From Phormidium tenue FACHB-886 (GTDB lineage Bacteria; Cyanobacteriota; Cyanobacteriia; Elainellales; Elainellaceae), in NCBI GenBank assembly GCA_014764505.1, contig JACXWX010000010.1, forward strand, positions 1 to 24,000: a stretch of 24,000 bases of DNA, read 5' to 3'. The notes under the pieces were generated by a model. It did no database searches. It was not told where the DNA came from and saw only the letters and a list, made by a program, of their open reading frames with translations. Shown piece by piece: positions 8,473 to 16,734 of this stretch (positions within the stretch are counted from its first letter, which is position 1; every line of letters begins with the position of its first letter). The position numbers and the translations under genes were made by a program.

Positions 8473-9331
8473 CCTCCGCACAAAGCTGATCATGGCGAAC
8501 GCCATTGCTAGCGATCAAACAGCCCCACTGATTGACATCCCCCGTGTTGTAGCGCAGCGGTGACCCATCCGCATGAGTAAAGCATCCCCCTGCCTCCGTC
8601 AAAATTAGCTCCGGAGCTGCCATATCCCAATCCTTTGGAGCTGACTTTCCCGAAAGTGAAATATAAACCTCTGCCCGCCGATCGACAATTGCCGCAATCT
8701 TGCCGCCCACACTGCCCACCGCCAACTGCTTTTGGGACGACAGCTGCTTCAGAAGCTGATTAAAACGATTGTCCCGATGCGTCCGGCTCACCACCAGCGT
8801 TAGCTCTTCGATCGCATCCTGCTGCGAAACATGCAGCCGTGTACTCATCCCATCCGGCGTTTCCACAAACGCTCCCCCACCCAAACTGGCATAGTACAGC
8901 CTGTCCAACTCTGGGCAAGCCACCACCGATAGCACCGGACGCCCCTGATGCGCCAGCGCCAAGTGAAACGCAAACTCCCCCGTTCGCTCAATAAAATCGC
9001 GCGTTCCATCCAGCGGGTCAAGAATCCACACCCAGTCCTGCGGCAAAGGTTCCGGCACAGCCTTCGCTTTGTAGGTTTCCTCGCTCAAATAGCCAAACCT
9101 CTCCCCAAAGGCAGCCTCTAGCTTGCCCAGCACAAAGCGGTTTACTGCCAAATCTGCTGCCGTCACCGGGCCATCCTGCTTATCCTGGATCTCCAGTGCC
9201 GCTCCAGTCCCCCGGTAATACGATCGCAAAATTGCCGCCGCCCCCCAGCCCAGCGACCGCGCAGTCGCCAAAATCTCCTCCTCCAATTTCCCCGTGATTG
9301 CCTGCAACTCCTCCACAAACCGCTCCTTCAC
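8438..9331 (-). CDS. cysQ: Inositol monophosphatase-family phosphatase, likely 3'(2'),5'-bisphosphate nucleotidase (CysQ-like)
   Basis: 297 aa; DGPVTAADLAVNRFV, LSEET, WVWILDPLDGTRDFIERTGEFAFHLAL and GSVGGKIAAIVD...KDWDMAAPELILTEAGG contain the metal-binding DPLDGT and WD motifs. Confidence 0.85.
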   Translation of the reverse strand: MKERFVEELQAITGKLEEEILATARSLGWGAAAILRSYYRGTGAALEIQDKQDGPVTAADLAVNRFVLGKLEAAFGERFGYLSEETYKAKAVPEPLPQDWVWILDPLDGTRDFIERTGEFAFHLALAHQGRPVLSVVACPELDRLYYASLGGGAFVETPDGMSTRLHVSQQDAIEELTLVVSRTHRDNRFNQLLKQLSSQKQLAVGSVGGKIAAIVDRRAEVYISLSGKSAPKDWDMAAPELILTEAGGCFTHADGSPLRYNTGDVNQWGCLIASNGVRHDQLCAEVTRVLAAIDAQ

Positions 9332-9561
9332 CTAACAATAGTTAAATCTTGAGTCAGCCTAAATTATAGGAGCTGTGCAAGCCAACCTCGGCATAGCGAT
9401 CGGTTTGTGCAACTGCATTCTGAATCAGGAAGCGGCCTGTAGCAGTTCAAAACATCACCACCTGCTACACCTAGCAATCGAGCTTTCCCCGATTTTCTGA
9501 GACGATAAGATGGGCTACGCTTTCAAACACGGTCTCAGAGCCAAGGGAAGAATAAGGGTTT

Positions 9562-11910
9562 ATGCAATCGCCACAGGAAAACTTGCAGGCAGGACTAGCA
9601 GCGCTAAAACAGCAGCACTATGAAACTGCGATCGCTCACCTGGAAACAGTCTGCCAAACCGCCACAGAAACAGCCCTCATTGAAAAAGCCCAAGCTGCCC
9701 TCGTTAAAGCCTACATCCAGACAAACCAGCCTAACAACGCGATCGCCCGCTGCCGCTCTCTACAAGGCAGCCCCAACCCATCCGTACAAAGCTGGGCAGC
9801 TCAAACTTTCAGCGAACTCTGCCGTCGCTATCCCGCTCTAGCAACGTCCGCATCCAGCCCCGACGAAACGGGCTTTGTTCCTCTCACCCAACAGCCCGCT
9901 CCCACCAGACAAGTCATTTCCCCACCCACTTCCCCACCCCCCGCTTCTGCATCCCTTGCCCCCACCCCGCTCCCCACAGCACCGCCTACTCCCCCACCCG
10001 CAGCACCGCCTACTCCCCCGCCCATTTCCTCCCCCTCCGAACCTCTCCCCACCCTCGCCAAAACACCCCCCACGCCCACAGCTCCCAAATCCATTCCTCT
10101 AGCTGCAGCATCCGTCTCCCATTCCTGGAAAAACGCTCCCCGTTCCCAAAAGTGGAACAACCTCAGCCCCCTCGATCGTTCCCCCCTTTGGGCCCTCATC
10201 GCCGGAACTGCGATCGCCCTAATTTGGCTGCTAAAAACGCTGCCAATGGTTCTGCAGGGCTGCTTTCGCTGGTTTTCCTGGCAGGTCGCCCTGCTCACTC
10301 CCTTCAAAGCCCTGGCCCTGCTGTCTAGCTCCCCGAGCGATCCGTGGCTCAGTGTGGCGATCGTCTTGCTGCTCCTCTTTGCCCTCTCCCCCTGGTTGAT
10401 GGATGCGATCCTCAAGCGATTTTATGGGCTGCAAGAAATCAAACCTGCCAACCTGAACCACTACAGCCCCGAAGCCGTTCGCCTGCTGAAACGAGCCGCC
10501 GGCCATCATCCACCCACTCTAAGACTTTTGCCCACGGCTGTTCCCCTCCTCTTCACCTACGGCTACTTGCCGCAAAATGTCCGCCTTGTCGTCACCCAAG
10601 GATTGCTCGACCAGCTCGAAGATGCCGAGATTGCGAGCCTCTTCGCTGCTGAACTGGGGCACATCGCCAACTGGGATTTTGGTGTACTATCTTGGATCGC
10701 TCTAGTCGCCCAATTGCCCTACCTGGTCTATTGGAACGTTGCCGCTTGGGGCGATCGCCAATCCGATCGAGTCCTGCAATCCCTCGCAGTCCTCGTCTCC
10801 TGCCTTGGATATGGGTTGTACTGGCTCTGCCGCCTCCCTGGACTTTGGCTCGCCCGCCAGCGGCTCTACTACAGCGATCGCACCGCAGCAGAGCTAACCG
10901 GCAACCCCAACGCCCTCACCAGAGCGCTCCTGAAGCTAGCAATTGGCATAGCCCAGGAAACCGAGCGCTGGGGGCATAGCAGCTATCTCCTAGAAAGCTT
11001 CGATCTGCTCACGCCTGTAGGCTACCGTACCGCTCTTAGTCTAGGCAGCAGTTGGGGCAACTCCCCATTGTCCAATGTTCCACAAAGCACACCCGCAAGC
11101 ATTCTGGAGTGGGATCGCCGTCAGCCCTATCGCCACTGGCTGACACTCCTTGATCCGCAGCCTCCTTTGGGCGATCGCCTGCACCTGCTAATGCTCTATG
11201 CCCAGCACTGGCGGCTAGAACACGAACTCAGCTGGCAGCCCACAGCCCACGCCGCAAACTCACCCATGCTTCGCCGCAAATTCCGCTTGCAGGTTGCCCC
11301 CTTTCTAGGTGCGCTAATTGGCTTTGCGGCCGCATTCGCATTGTGGCTACTGGGCTGGGCAGCAGATAGATTCAACTGGCTAGAGTTGACCTGGCTCACA
11401 GGCGATCGATCTCTGCTAGTTGGCTGTACTCTAATTGGTTTTGGCATTGGCATGATGACCCGTATCAATGCCTTCTTCCCAGATATCAAACGGGCTAACC
11501 TACTGAGCGACCCCGTGCTACCCGACCTGCTAAGCCCAGCCACTGCACTGCCCATCGACAGCCAACCCGTCCGTTTGCAAGGAAAGCTTCTAGGACGGCG
11601 CGGCTTTGCCAACTGGCTCCACCAAGACCTAATTTTGCAGACATCCACAGGCTTGGTCCGCCTGCACCATACTACCCGCTGGGGGCTCCTCGGCAATTTA
11701 TTTCCCCACCCCCTCCGTCCAACCGCCTTCATGCCGCACCCCGTCACCGTTACTGGCTGGTTTCGGCGCGGAGCAACCCCTTGGGTTGACATAGAAACCT
11801 TGCAAGGCAAAACCGGGCTATTGCAGAGTCAGCATCCCCTCTGGTCTACTATCCTTGCCTTCTCGGCTGCCCTCCTCGGGGTCCTCATCATCCTCCTCGG
11901 GGGTGCCTAA
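9562..11910 (+). CDS. Multi-domain membrane protein: N-terminal helical/TPR-like region, Pro-rich linker, M48 (HtpX-like) domain with degenerate active site, C-terminal small domain plus TM
   Basis: 782 aa. N-terminus NLQAGLAALKQQHYETAIAHLETVCQT; P-rich stretch TQQPAPTRQVISPPTSPPPASASLAP...; M48-like VRLVVTQGLLDQLEDAEIASLFAAELGHIANWDFGVLSW and QRLYYSDRTAAELTGNPNALTRALLKLA; C-terminal VRLQGKLLGRRGFANWLHQDLILQTSTG. Confidence 0.8.
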   Translation: MQSPQENLQAGLAALKQQHYETAIAHLETVCQTATETALIEKAQAALVKAYIQTNQPNNAIARCRSLQGSPNPSVQSWAAQTFSELCRRYPALATSASSPDETGFVPLTQQPAPTRQVISPPTSPPPASASLAPTPLPTAPPTPPPAAPPTPPPISSPSEPLPTLAKTPPTPTAPKSIPLAAASVSHSWKNAPRSQKWNNLSPLDRSPLWALIAGTAIALIWLLKTLPMVLQGCFRWFSWQVALLTPFKALALLSSSPSDPWLSVAIVLLLLFALSPWLMDAILKRFYGLQEIKPANLNHYSPEAVRLLKRAAGHHPPTLRLLPTAVPLLFTYGYLPQNVRLVVTQGLLDQLEDAEIASLFAAELGHIANWDFGVLSWIALVAQLPYLVYWNVAAWGDRQSDRVLQSLAVLVSCLGYGLYWLCRLPGLWLARQRLYYSDRTAAELTGNPNALTRALLKLAIGIAQETERWGHSSYLLESFDLLTPVGYRTALSLGSSWGNSPLSNVPQSTPASILEWDRRQPYRHWLTLLDPQPPLGDRLHLLMLYAQHWRLEHELSWQPTAHAANSPMLRRKFRLQVAPFLGALIGFAAAFALWLLGWAADRFNWLELTWLTGDRSLLVGCTLIGFGIGMMTRINAFFPDIKRANLLSDPVLPDLLSPATALPIDSQPVRLQGKLLGRRGFANWLHQDLILQTSTGLVRLHHTTRWGLLGNLFPHPLRPTAFMPHPVTVTGWFRRGATPWVDIETLQGKTGLLQSQHPLWSTILAFSAALLGVLIILLGGA

Positions 11911-12116
11911 TCCTCGTCATCTTCCACCGCTAGTTCTCGCTGCGCCGCTTCACTAATCACCCGGCGCAGCCATTCAGCTCGGTTGGGCAACTTGTAAACC
12001 AGCTCATAGATCGACTCAGGCAGGCGCACACCGATCACCTGCTTCGAGAGCGGTTCAGCCCCGATCGGGGTAAAAGTGCCGCCCTCAGATTTTTGGTTGG
12101 GGTTCAGTAAAGGCAT
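11907..12116 (-). CDS. Small ribbon-helix-helix-like protein, 69 aa
   Basis: VIGVRLPESIYELVYKLPNRAEWLRRVISEAAQREL has the short strand + two helices + basic pattern of MetJ/Arc/CopG-type proteins. Convergent with the upstream gene. Confidence 0.6.
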   Translation of the reverse strand: MPLLNPNQKSEGGTFTPIGAEPLSKQVIGVRLPESIYELVYKLPNRAEWLRRVISEAAQRELAVEDDED

Positions 12117-12145
12117 AAATAGCGCAAATAAAATTTCAAATTCTC

Positions 12146-12184
12146 GCTTGAGGGGTTGCGACTTCCTGCTTAGAGGGTTGCGAC
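12146..12184. promoter_or_regulatory. Imperfect direct repeat, 22-bp spaced, upstream of the RHH-like gene
   Basis: GCTTGAGGGGTTGCGAC (12146-12162) and GCTTAGAGGGTTGCGAC (12168-12184), 14/17 identical, with a shared GGGTTGCGAC core; located 30 bp upstream of the minus-strand start codon at 12116. Confidence 0.35.
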
Positions 12185-12413
12185 GGCATCATGGTAGCAC
12201 TATTTCCGGCAAGTGGAAGAGCACTTTAGTAGTACACCTATAGAGTGAGGGAAACCGCCCTGAAACAATCTGTAAAACCTTGGCAGAATGCGTGTTAACT
12301 CGATAAAATAGAGATAAGCCAACTAGATCAATATAGCCACGAGTGTACTACTCATCTATACTAGTTACGAGCTACCAGTTACTAGCTCTTCTAAACGCAT
12401 TCCCCTAACTTCT

Positions 12414-12713
12414 ATGACTCCCTACATCAATACCGAGGCAGTCCAGCAGGCATTAAACGAAGCCGCCATCGCGCTCCGAGTTCGCTATGCCCAAGAAATG
12501 GGTGAAACCTATTGCGTCGAAGAGCTGCAGCAAGCCTTAATCCACTGGCTAGAGCTGTCGATCGAAGCCCTTGCTGAAGACGCTCTGTTTCACACTGTCG
12601 AGGGCGATCGTGCCTACGCCTTCAACCGTCGCGCTTTTGAGCAGCAAGTCCAACGCCTCCAGCCCACTAGCCCCCTCCCCGCAGAACTACGGCGTGCCTC
12701 CCTTGCCGCCTAA
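12414..12713 (+). CDS. Small hypothetical protein, 99 aa
   Basis: Complete ORF beginning ATG; MTPYINTEAVQQALNEAAIALRVRYAQEMGETYCVEELQQALIHWLELSIEALAED, helical-looking, followed closely by a second ORF on the same strand. Confidence 0.65.
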   Translation: MTPYINTEAVQQALNEAAIALRVRYAQEMGETYCVEELQQALIHWLELSIEALAEDALFHTVEGDRAYAFNRRAFEQQVQRLQPTSPLPAELRRASLAA

Positions 12714-12741
12714 TTAACTCCATCAAATTTCAAGGATTGAT

Positions 12742-13095
12742 ATGAAGCTGATTGATTACCCTGCCGCGATCGCCCAACAGCAGCGATCGCTCCTTCGCGA
12801 AGAACAGCACGTCCGCCGTCTTCAAGAAGTCGTAAACCGGATAATTGCCGAAATAGATACGCAGATTGCCTTTGATACAGACCTGCGAAACGATGCCCAA
12901 CGCAAAGCTAAAAGAGTCGAGCTGATGCGATCGCCAGAATATCAAAGAGCCTTTGTCAATCTGCAAATGGCACAGGATCGCCGCTCTGAGATCGAGATCG
13001 ATCTCAACCTGCTACGGAACCAGTTCTCAGTTCTGAAGCTAGAAATGCGAGAAGCAATCGCCACCCGCGAACTACAAATGCTTGACGCAGCATAA
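12742..13095 (+). CDS. Small coiled-coil-like hypothetical protein, 117 aa
   Basis: ATG preceded by CAAGGATTGAT; charged helical sequence MKLIDYPAAIAQQQRSLLREEQHVRRLQEVVNRIIAEIDTQIAF...; 28 nt after the previous stop. Confidence 0.7.
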   Translation: MKLIDYPAAIAQQQRSLLREEQHVRRLQEVVNRIIAEIDTQIAFDTDLRNDAQRKAKRVELMRSPEYQRAFVNLQMAQDRRSEIEIDLNLLRNQFSVLKLEMREAIATRELQMLDAA

Positions 13096-13179
13096 GGTTA
13101 ACCAAGGCTTCCAGGCGGGGCGGGCAATGCCCGTTTCCAGGTTTTATGGTGCTCGTTGCCCAAACTAAAATTCTCATAG

Positions 13180-13204
13180 AAAAACCCCGCCTTGCGGGGT
13201 TTTT
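13180..13204. terminator. Rho-independent terminator, bidirectional-looking
   Basis: AAAAACCCCGC (13180-13190) CTT GCGGGGTTTTT (13194-13204), sited between a plus gene ending 13095 and minus accD ending 13285. Confidence 0.92.
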
Positions 13205-13284
13205 CTACAGAAGAACTGTTTTAGGAAGGACTGTGCTTAAAGGACCGTGCTTAACAGGTGCAGATTACTATAGCTATCCAGCCA

Positions 13285-14223
13285 TCACGACTCAGGATGA
13301 ACGGAATTAAACGACACTGCACCTGGCACATGCATAAAATGCGGTGCATGGGTCGGCAGTTGCGTCTGAGGTTGATGCAGCCCAATCAGCTGCACCAGCG
13401 TTTTCTTGAGCTGAGTCCGAGGCACGATCGCATCCAAAAAACCATGCGTCAACAAATACTCTGAAGTCTGGAAATCGTCCGGCAGCTTCTCGCGCAGCGT
13501 TTGCTCCACTACTCGCCGCCCCGCAAATCCAATTGTTGCCTTCGGTTCTGCCAAAATGATGTCTCCCAGCATCGCAAAGCTCGCAGTCACGCCACCTGTG
13601 GTGGGATGAGTGAGTACAGGCACATAAAGCAACCCTGCTTCCCGATGCCGCTCCAACGCCGCCGAAATCTTTGCCATCTGCATCAGGCTCAGCATTCCCT
13701 CCTGCATTCTCGCTCCCCCAGATGCACAGAGGATTACTACCGGCAAACGTCGTTGGGTAGCAGCTTCAATCATCCGCGTCAGCTTCTCACCTACCACAGA
13801 CCCCATGCTGCCGCCCATAAACCGAAAATCCATCGCGCCCAGCCCAACGCCGTAGCCCTCTATCTGTCCCAGTCCCGTCTGTACCGCATCCACCAAGCCC
13901 GTCTTGTCTTGAGTTTCTCGCAGTCGATCGCTATAAGCCTTGCGATCGCGGAACCCTAACGGATCGATCGGCTGTATAGCCACATCCAACGGCTGCCACG
14001 TCCCCGGATCGATCAACTGCCGAATTCGCTCGTCGCTAAACACCCGCAGGTGATGCCCACACTCCAAACACACCATCTGGTTTGCCCTCAAATCCTTGGT
14101 GTAGGTCATCACGCCACAAGCAGGGCACTTGCTCCACAGCCCATCCGCGATCTCGCGTTCCTGCCGCTCTGGACTGGTGGTACCCGATTTCCGCCGATTT
14201 GCAAACCAATCAAATAAAGACAT
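13285..14223 (-). CDS. accD: Acetyl-CoA carboxylase carboxyltransferase subunit beta
   Basis: ORF track extends to 14292, but ATG at 14223 gives canonical [14 protein letters not shown]; CPACG...CLECGHHL zinc ribbon; [83 protein letters not shown]. Confidence 0.97.
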   Translation of the reverse strand: MSLFDWFANRRKSGTTSPERQEREIADGLWSKCPACGVMTYTKDLRANQMVCLECGHHLRVFSDERIRQLIDPGTWQPLDVAIQPIDPLGFRDRKAYSDRLRETQDKTGLVDAVQTGLGQIEGYGVGLGAMDFRFMGGSMGSVVGEKLTRMIEAATQRRLPVVILCASGGARMQEGMLSLMQMAKISAALERHREAGLLYVPVLTHPTTGGVTASFAMLGDIILAEPKATIGFAGRRVVEQTLREKLPDDFQTSEYLLTHGFLDAIVPRTQLKKTLVQLIGLHQPQTQLPTHAPHFMHVPGAVSFNSVHPES

Positions 14224-14355
14224 GCGACCTCTTGGGCACAGGGAATCAAGAATATAGACAATACAGGACTGAAACAAAATGCATTGCTTCAATCCGCAGC
14301 CGCGCCCATCCTCAATCCTATCAGAGGGAGCGATCGCTATTTAAGTTCCAATACT

Positions 14356-14388
14356 TTAAGGGGAGACGGTTTTGCCATCTCCCCTTAA
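14356..14388. terminator. Candidate hairpin terminator
   Basis: TTAAGGGGAGA (14356-14366) / TCTCCCCTTAA (14378-14388), 11-nt loop, just downstream of the minus gene ending 14409. No T tract. Confidence 0.45.
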
Positions 14389-14408
14389 GCGTTAGTTGCT
14401 TTCTATAC

Positions 14409-16010
14409 TTAAACTGTACCTAGCCCCCAATCCACAACCGCTGTTTTAGGAGCATAGTTGTCAAACCAGCTTACGACCTCCTGCAGGTCGCTCTTGCTAG
14501 TAACGCCAATACAGCCTACTGTTCCTGGCGAATAGCTATAGTTAGCATCAAGGTGAATGCCGATCGCCGATCGCTGAGTAGACATCTTCGGTTCAACTGC
14601 AACCCAAACGGGACCCAAGCCCTCGCCCCAAGAGCTAGAGTAATTACCCCGCGAAGACGCCCATTCCACAGCACCTAAGCTCCATTTTCCTTCAGGCAGC
14701 GGTTCCATAGACCCCGATCTGCTCTCGCCAGCCCTTTTGAAGGCTTGCCTACTCGCTACGCCTGATATGGTAGTTACTTTATCAACCACCTTGTTGCCAT
14801 TCATCAGCGCCAAGTCTAGGTTCTCCAGTCCATCTGAACCTTTAGTCTTTGTGCGTGTCAGCCGGAGAAAATAACCCTGTTCACCGTAGTTGGAACTGCT
14901 GCTACCGCCAGAAGAACCACCAGAAGAACCACCGGAGCTACCACCGGAGGAACCGCCGGAGCTACCGGGTTTGGGTCTAGGAAGGGGAGACCCACCGGAA
15001 GAACCGCCACTAGAACCACCGCTAGAACCACCGCTAGAACCACCGCTAGAACCGCCACTAGAGCCATTACTACCACCGCTGTTCTCGCTCAGCCCCAATG
15101 CACCTGTAGACATCTCCAAGGCATAGCGCATTTTAGCGCGACTGCTAGTAGAAACCTTGACATAAAATCTTCCCGTACCTAGCTGCCTGCTGATCGACTC
15201 AGCCGTGCCGCTCGTATTTGATGTAGCAATTTGATTGCCGTTGCGATCGAAAAGCTGAAGGCTAGCCTCTTGGCTGAGGTTGCGTAGCGAGAACTGTACC
15301 TTGCTGCTTTCAGACAAATCGAACTGATACACATCATCTCGATCTTTGCCGCCAATGACCCGTCGAAAGACACGCTGCGTTCGCGATAAATTGCCTGAAT
15401 CAAAAGCAGCGTCAATATCGCTTCCCGCGTCATTGGCAATCCCAGTTCCTTTCAGGTTTAGCGTATAGTCATTGTCGCCATTACCCGATACCTGCACATG
15501 ATACGTACCCGATCGCAGGCGATTGTTGATCTTACCTGTCCGCCCCACGCTCTTAATTTCGCTGCCATTTTCATCTAGCAGACGTAGCGACATGTTGCCA
15601 TTCGCATTCGACAGGGACAAATCCACCACCGTCTTGTTCGACACACTGAACTGGAAATAATCATCATTGTTACCAGTACTCAGCTTGTCCTTCCAGGTAT
15701 AGCGAGTCTTCCCGCTAACATCCCCAATGTTGTAGGCACTCTCCAGCGTATTGCGAACGAAATTGGAGCTGTTGAGCGATTGCACCTGAGTATCTAGCGA
15801 AGAGGTGCTGTTGCCGCCACCTAGATTCAAAAATCGAAAGCCATTGCTATTGCTGGATTTGCTAGAACTGCTGCGTCCCGATCGGGAAAAGTTTTGATGA
15901 GATTTGAGACTAGAATTCTGGAAATGACCCTGACTCGCTTGTATCCGTAGTTGGGGTGAAGTATTGAGCTGTCGGGTTTTCGACCCCGATGCTACGAAGT
16001 CTTGCGACAT
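14409..16010 (-). CDS. PPC-domain protein (two pre-peptidase C-terminal-type repeats) with GGSS linker and L,D-transpeptidase/DUF2778-like C-terminal domain
   Basis: ATG at 16010 has a strong RBS (AGGAGGATTTATG). Two PPC-like units: TRYTWKDKLSTGNNDDYFQFSVSNKTVVDLSLSNANGNMSLRLLDENG...GTYHVQVSGNGDNDYTLNL and DDVYQFDLSESSKVQFSLRNLSQEASLQLFDRNG...FYVKVSTSSRAKMRYALEM. C-terminus AIGIHLDANYSYSPGTVGCIGV resembles H...(S/T)xGC of YkuD-like folds. Confidence 0.75.
   Translation of the reverse strand: MSQDFVASGSKTRQLNTSPQLRIQASQGHFQNSSLKSHQNFSRSGRSSSSKSSNSNGFRFLNLGGGNSTSSLDTQVQSLNSSNFVRNTLESAYNIGDVSGKTRYTWKDKLSTGNNDDYFQFSVSNKTVVDLSLSNANGNMSLRLLDENGSEIKSVGRTGKINNRLRSGTYHVQVSGNGDNDYTLNLKGTGIANDAGSDIDAAFDSGNLSRTQRVFRRVIGGKDRDDVYQFDLSESSKVQFSLRNLSQEASLQLFDRNGNQIATSNTSGTAESISRQLGTGRFYVKVSTSSRAKMRYALEMSTGALGLSENSGGSNGSSGGSSGGSSGGSSGGSSGGSSGGSPLPRPKPGSSGGSSGGSSGGSSGGSSGGSSSSNYGEQGYFLRLTRTKTKGSDGLENLDLALMNGNKVVDKVTTISGVASRQAFKRAGESRSGSMEPLPEGKWSLGAVEWASSRGNYSSSWGEGLGPVWVAVEPKMSTQRSAIGIHLDANYSYSPGTVGCIGVTSKSDLQEVVSWFDNYAPKTAVVDWGLGTV
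14890..15066. repeat. 12-bp-period low-complexity repeat encoding (GGSS)n linker
   Basis: Plus-strand units CTAGAACCACCG and variants; encodes GGSSGGSSGGSS... interrupted once by SPLPRPKPG. Confidence 0.9.
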
Positions 16011-16458
16011 AAATCCTCCTGATAGCCTAAGCGCTGTATAAGCGAACAAATAGAACAGCCAGCACAAGAAGTGAGGGCGATCGGGACGCACCATGCCCGA
16101 TTCCCTGCAAAGATGCACGGATGCTATTAGGGAAATCTGGAGAACTTTGAGTAGGAAAGAACTTGAGTAGATGCGCTTCCCAACTCTAAGCTCAGCAATT
16201 TTCCTTTACCTGTGTGACAGTTGGATACATTGACATAGGCAAGCCAAAATAGTTCCGGAAAATGCGATCGATTTGTTAGCGCCAGATCTAGTGCCTCAAG
16301 CTAAAGTGGGAGACTGCATTTTGAAGAGAACTTTCTGCTTCTCTAAACTCTCCATTCCTGCCGGGCAACTGTTTTAGCCAGTGGAACTGCGATCGCTACC
16401 TTGCTTAGCTTTATGAGTCGCTGTGGTGGGGATTTGCCCTATTAGAGCATGCGCGCCC

Positions 16459-16492
16459 ACAGTATTGTGAATTCAACAGTATTGTGAATTCA
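16459..16492. repeat. Perfect 17-bp tandem duplication ACAGTATTGTGAATTCA x2
   Basis: 16459-16475 and 16476-16492 identical. Confidence 0.9.
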
Positions 16493-16734
16493 CAAGATGG
16501 CATTGGGCTGCAGCAAGTTGGCATAGTCAGCTGCCGTCCCTATTGAGAATTCCAATTGACCATTGTTTGCACAGCCGTATCTTCGTCACAGTTGAGCGAA
16601 AGATTGGGCAAAATATAGGCTCAGATTATCTGTCACTGTGGGTTTCCCTGCGCTTTTCAAACTAGTTACCCATACTCAACTCTTCCGACAGCGACTAGAA
16701 TTGCCAGTGGTAAATCCTCCTCGCTTAAGTCTTC

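Noticed and set aside
9828-10415. Minus-strand 195-aa ORF within the M48-like gene
   Set aside because: G/A/R/V-rich antisense product of the proline-rich coding segment.
14858-15076. Minus-strand 72-aa V/A/L-rich ORF
   Set aside because: Alternate frame of the same low-complexity linker; no independent coding evidence.
14890-15126. Plus-strand 78-aa ORF MELLLPPEEPPEEPPELPPEE...
   Set aside because: Antisense by-product of the GGSS-encoding repeat in the PPC protein; composition is an artefact of the 12-bp periodicity.
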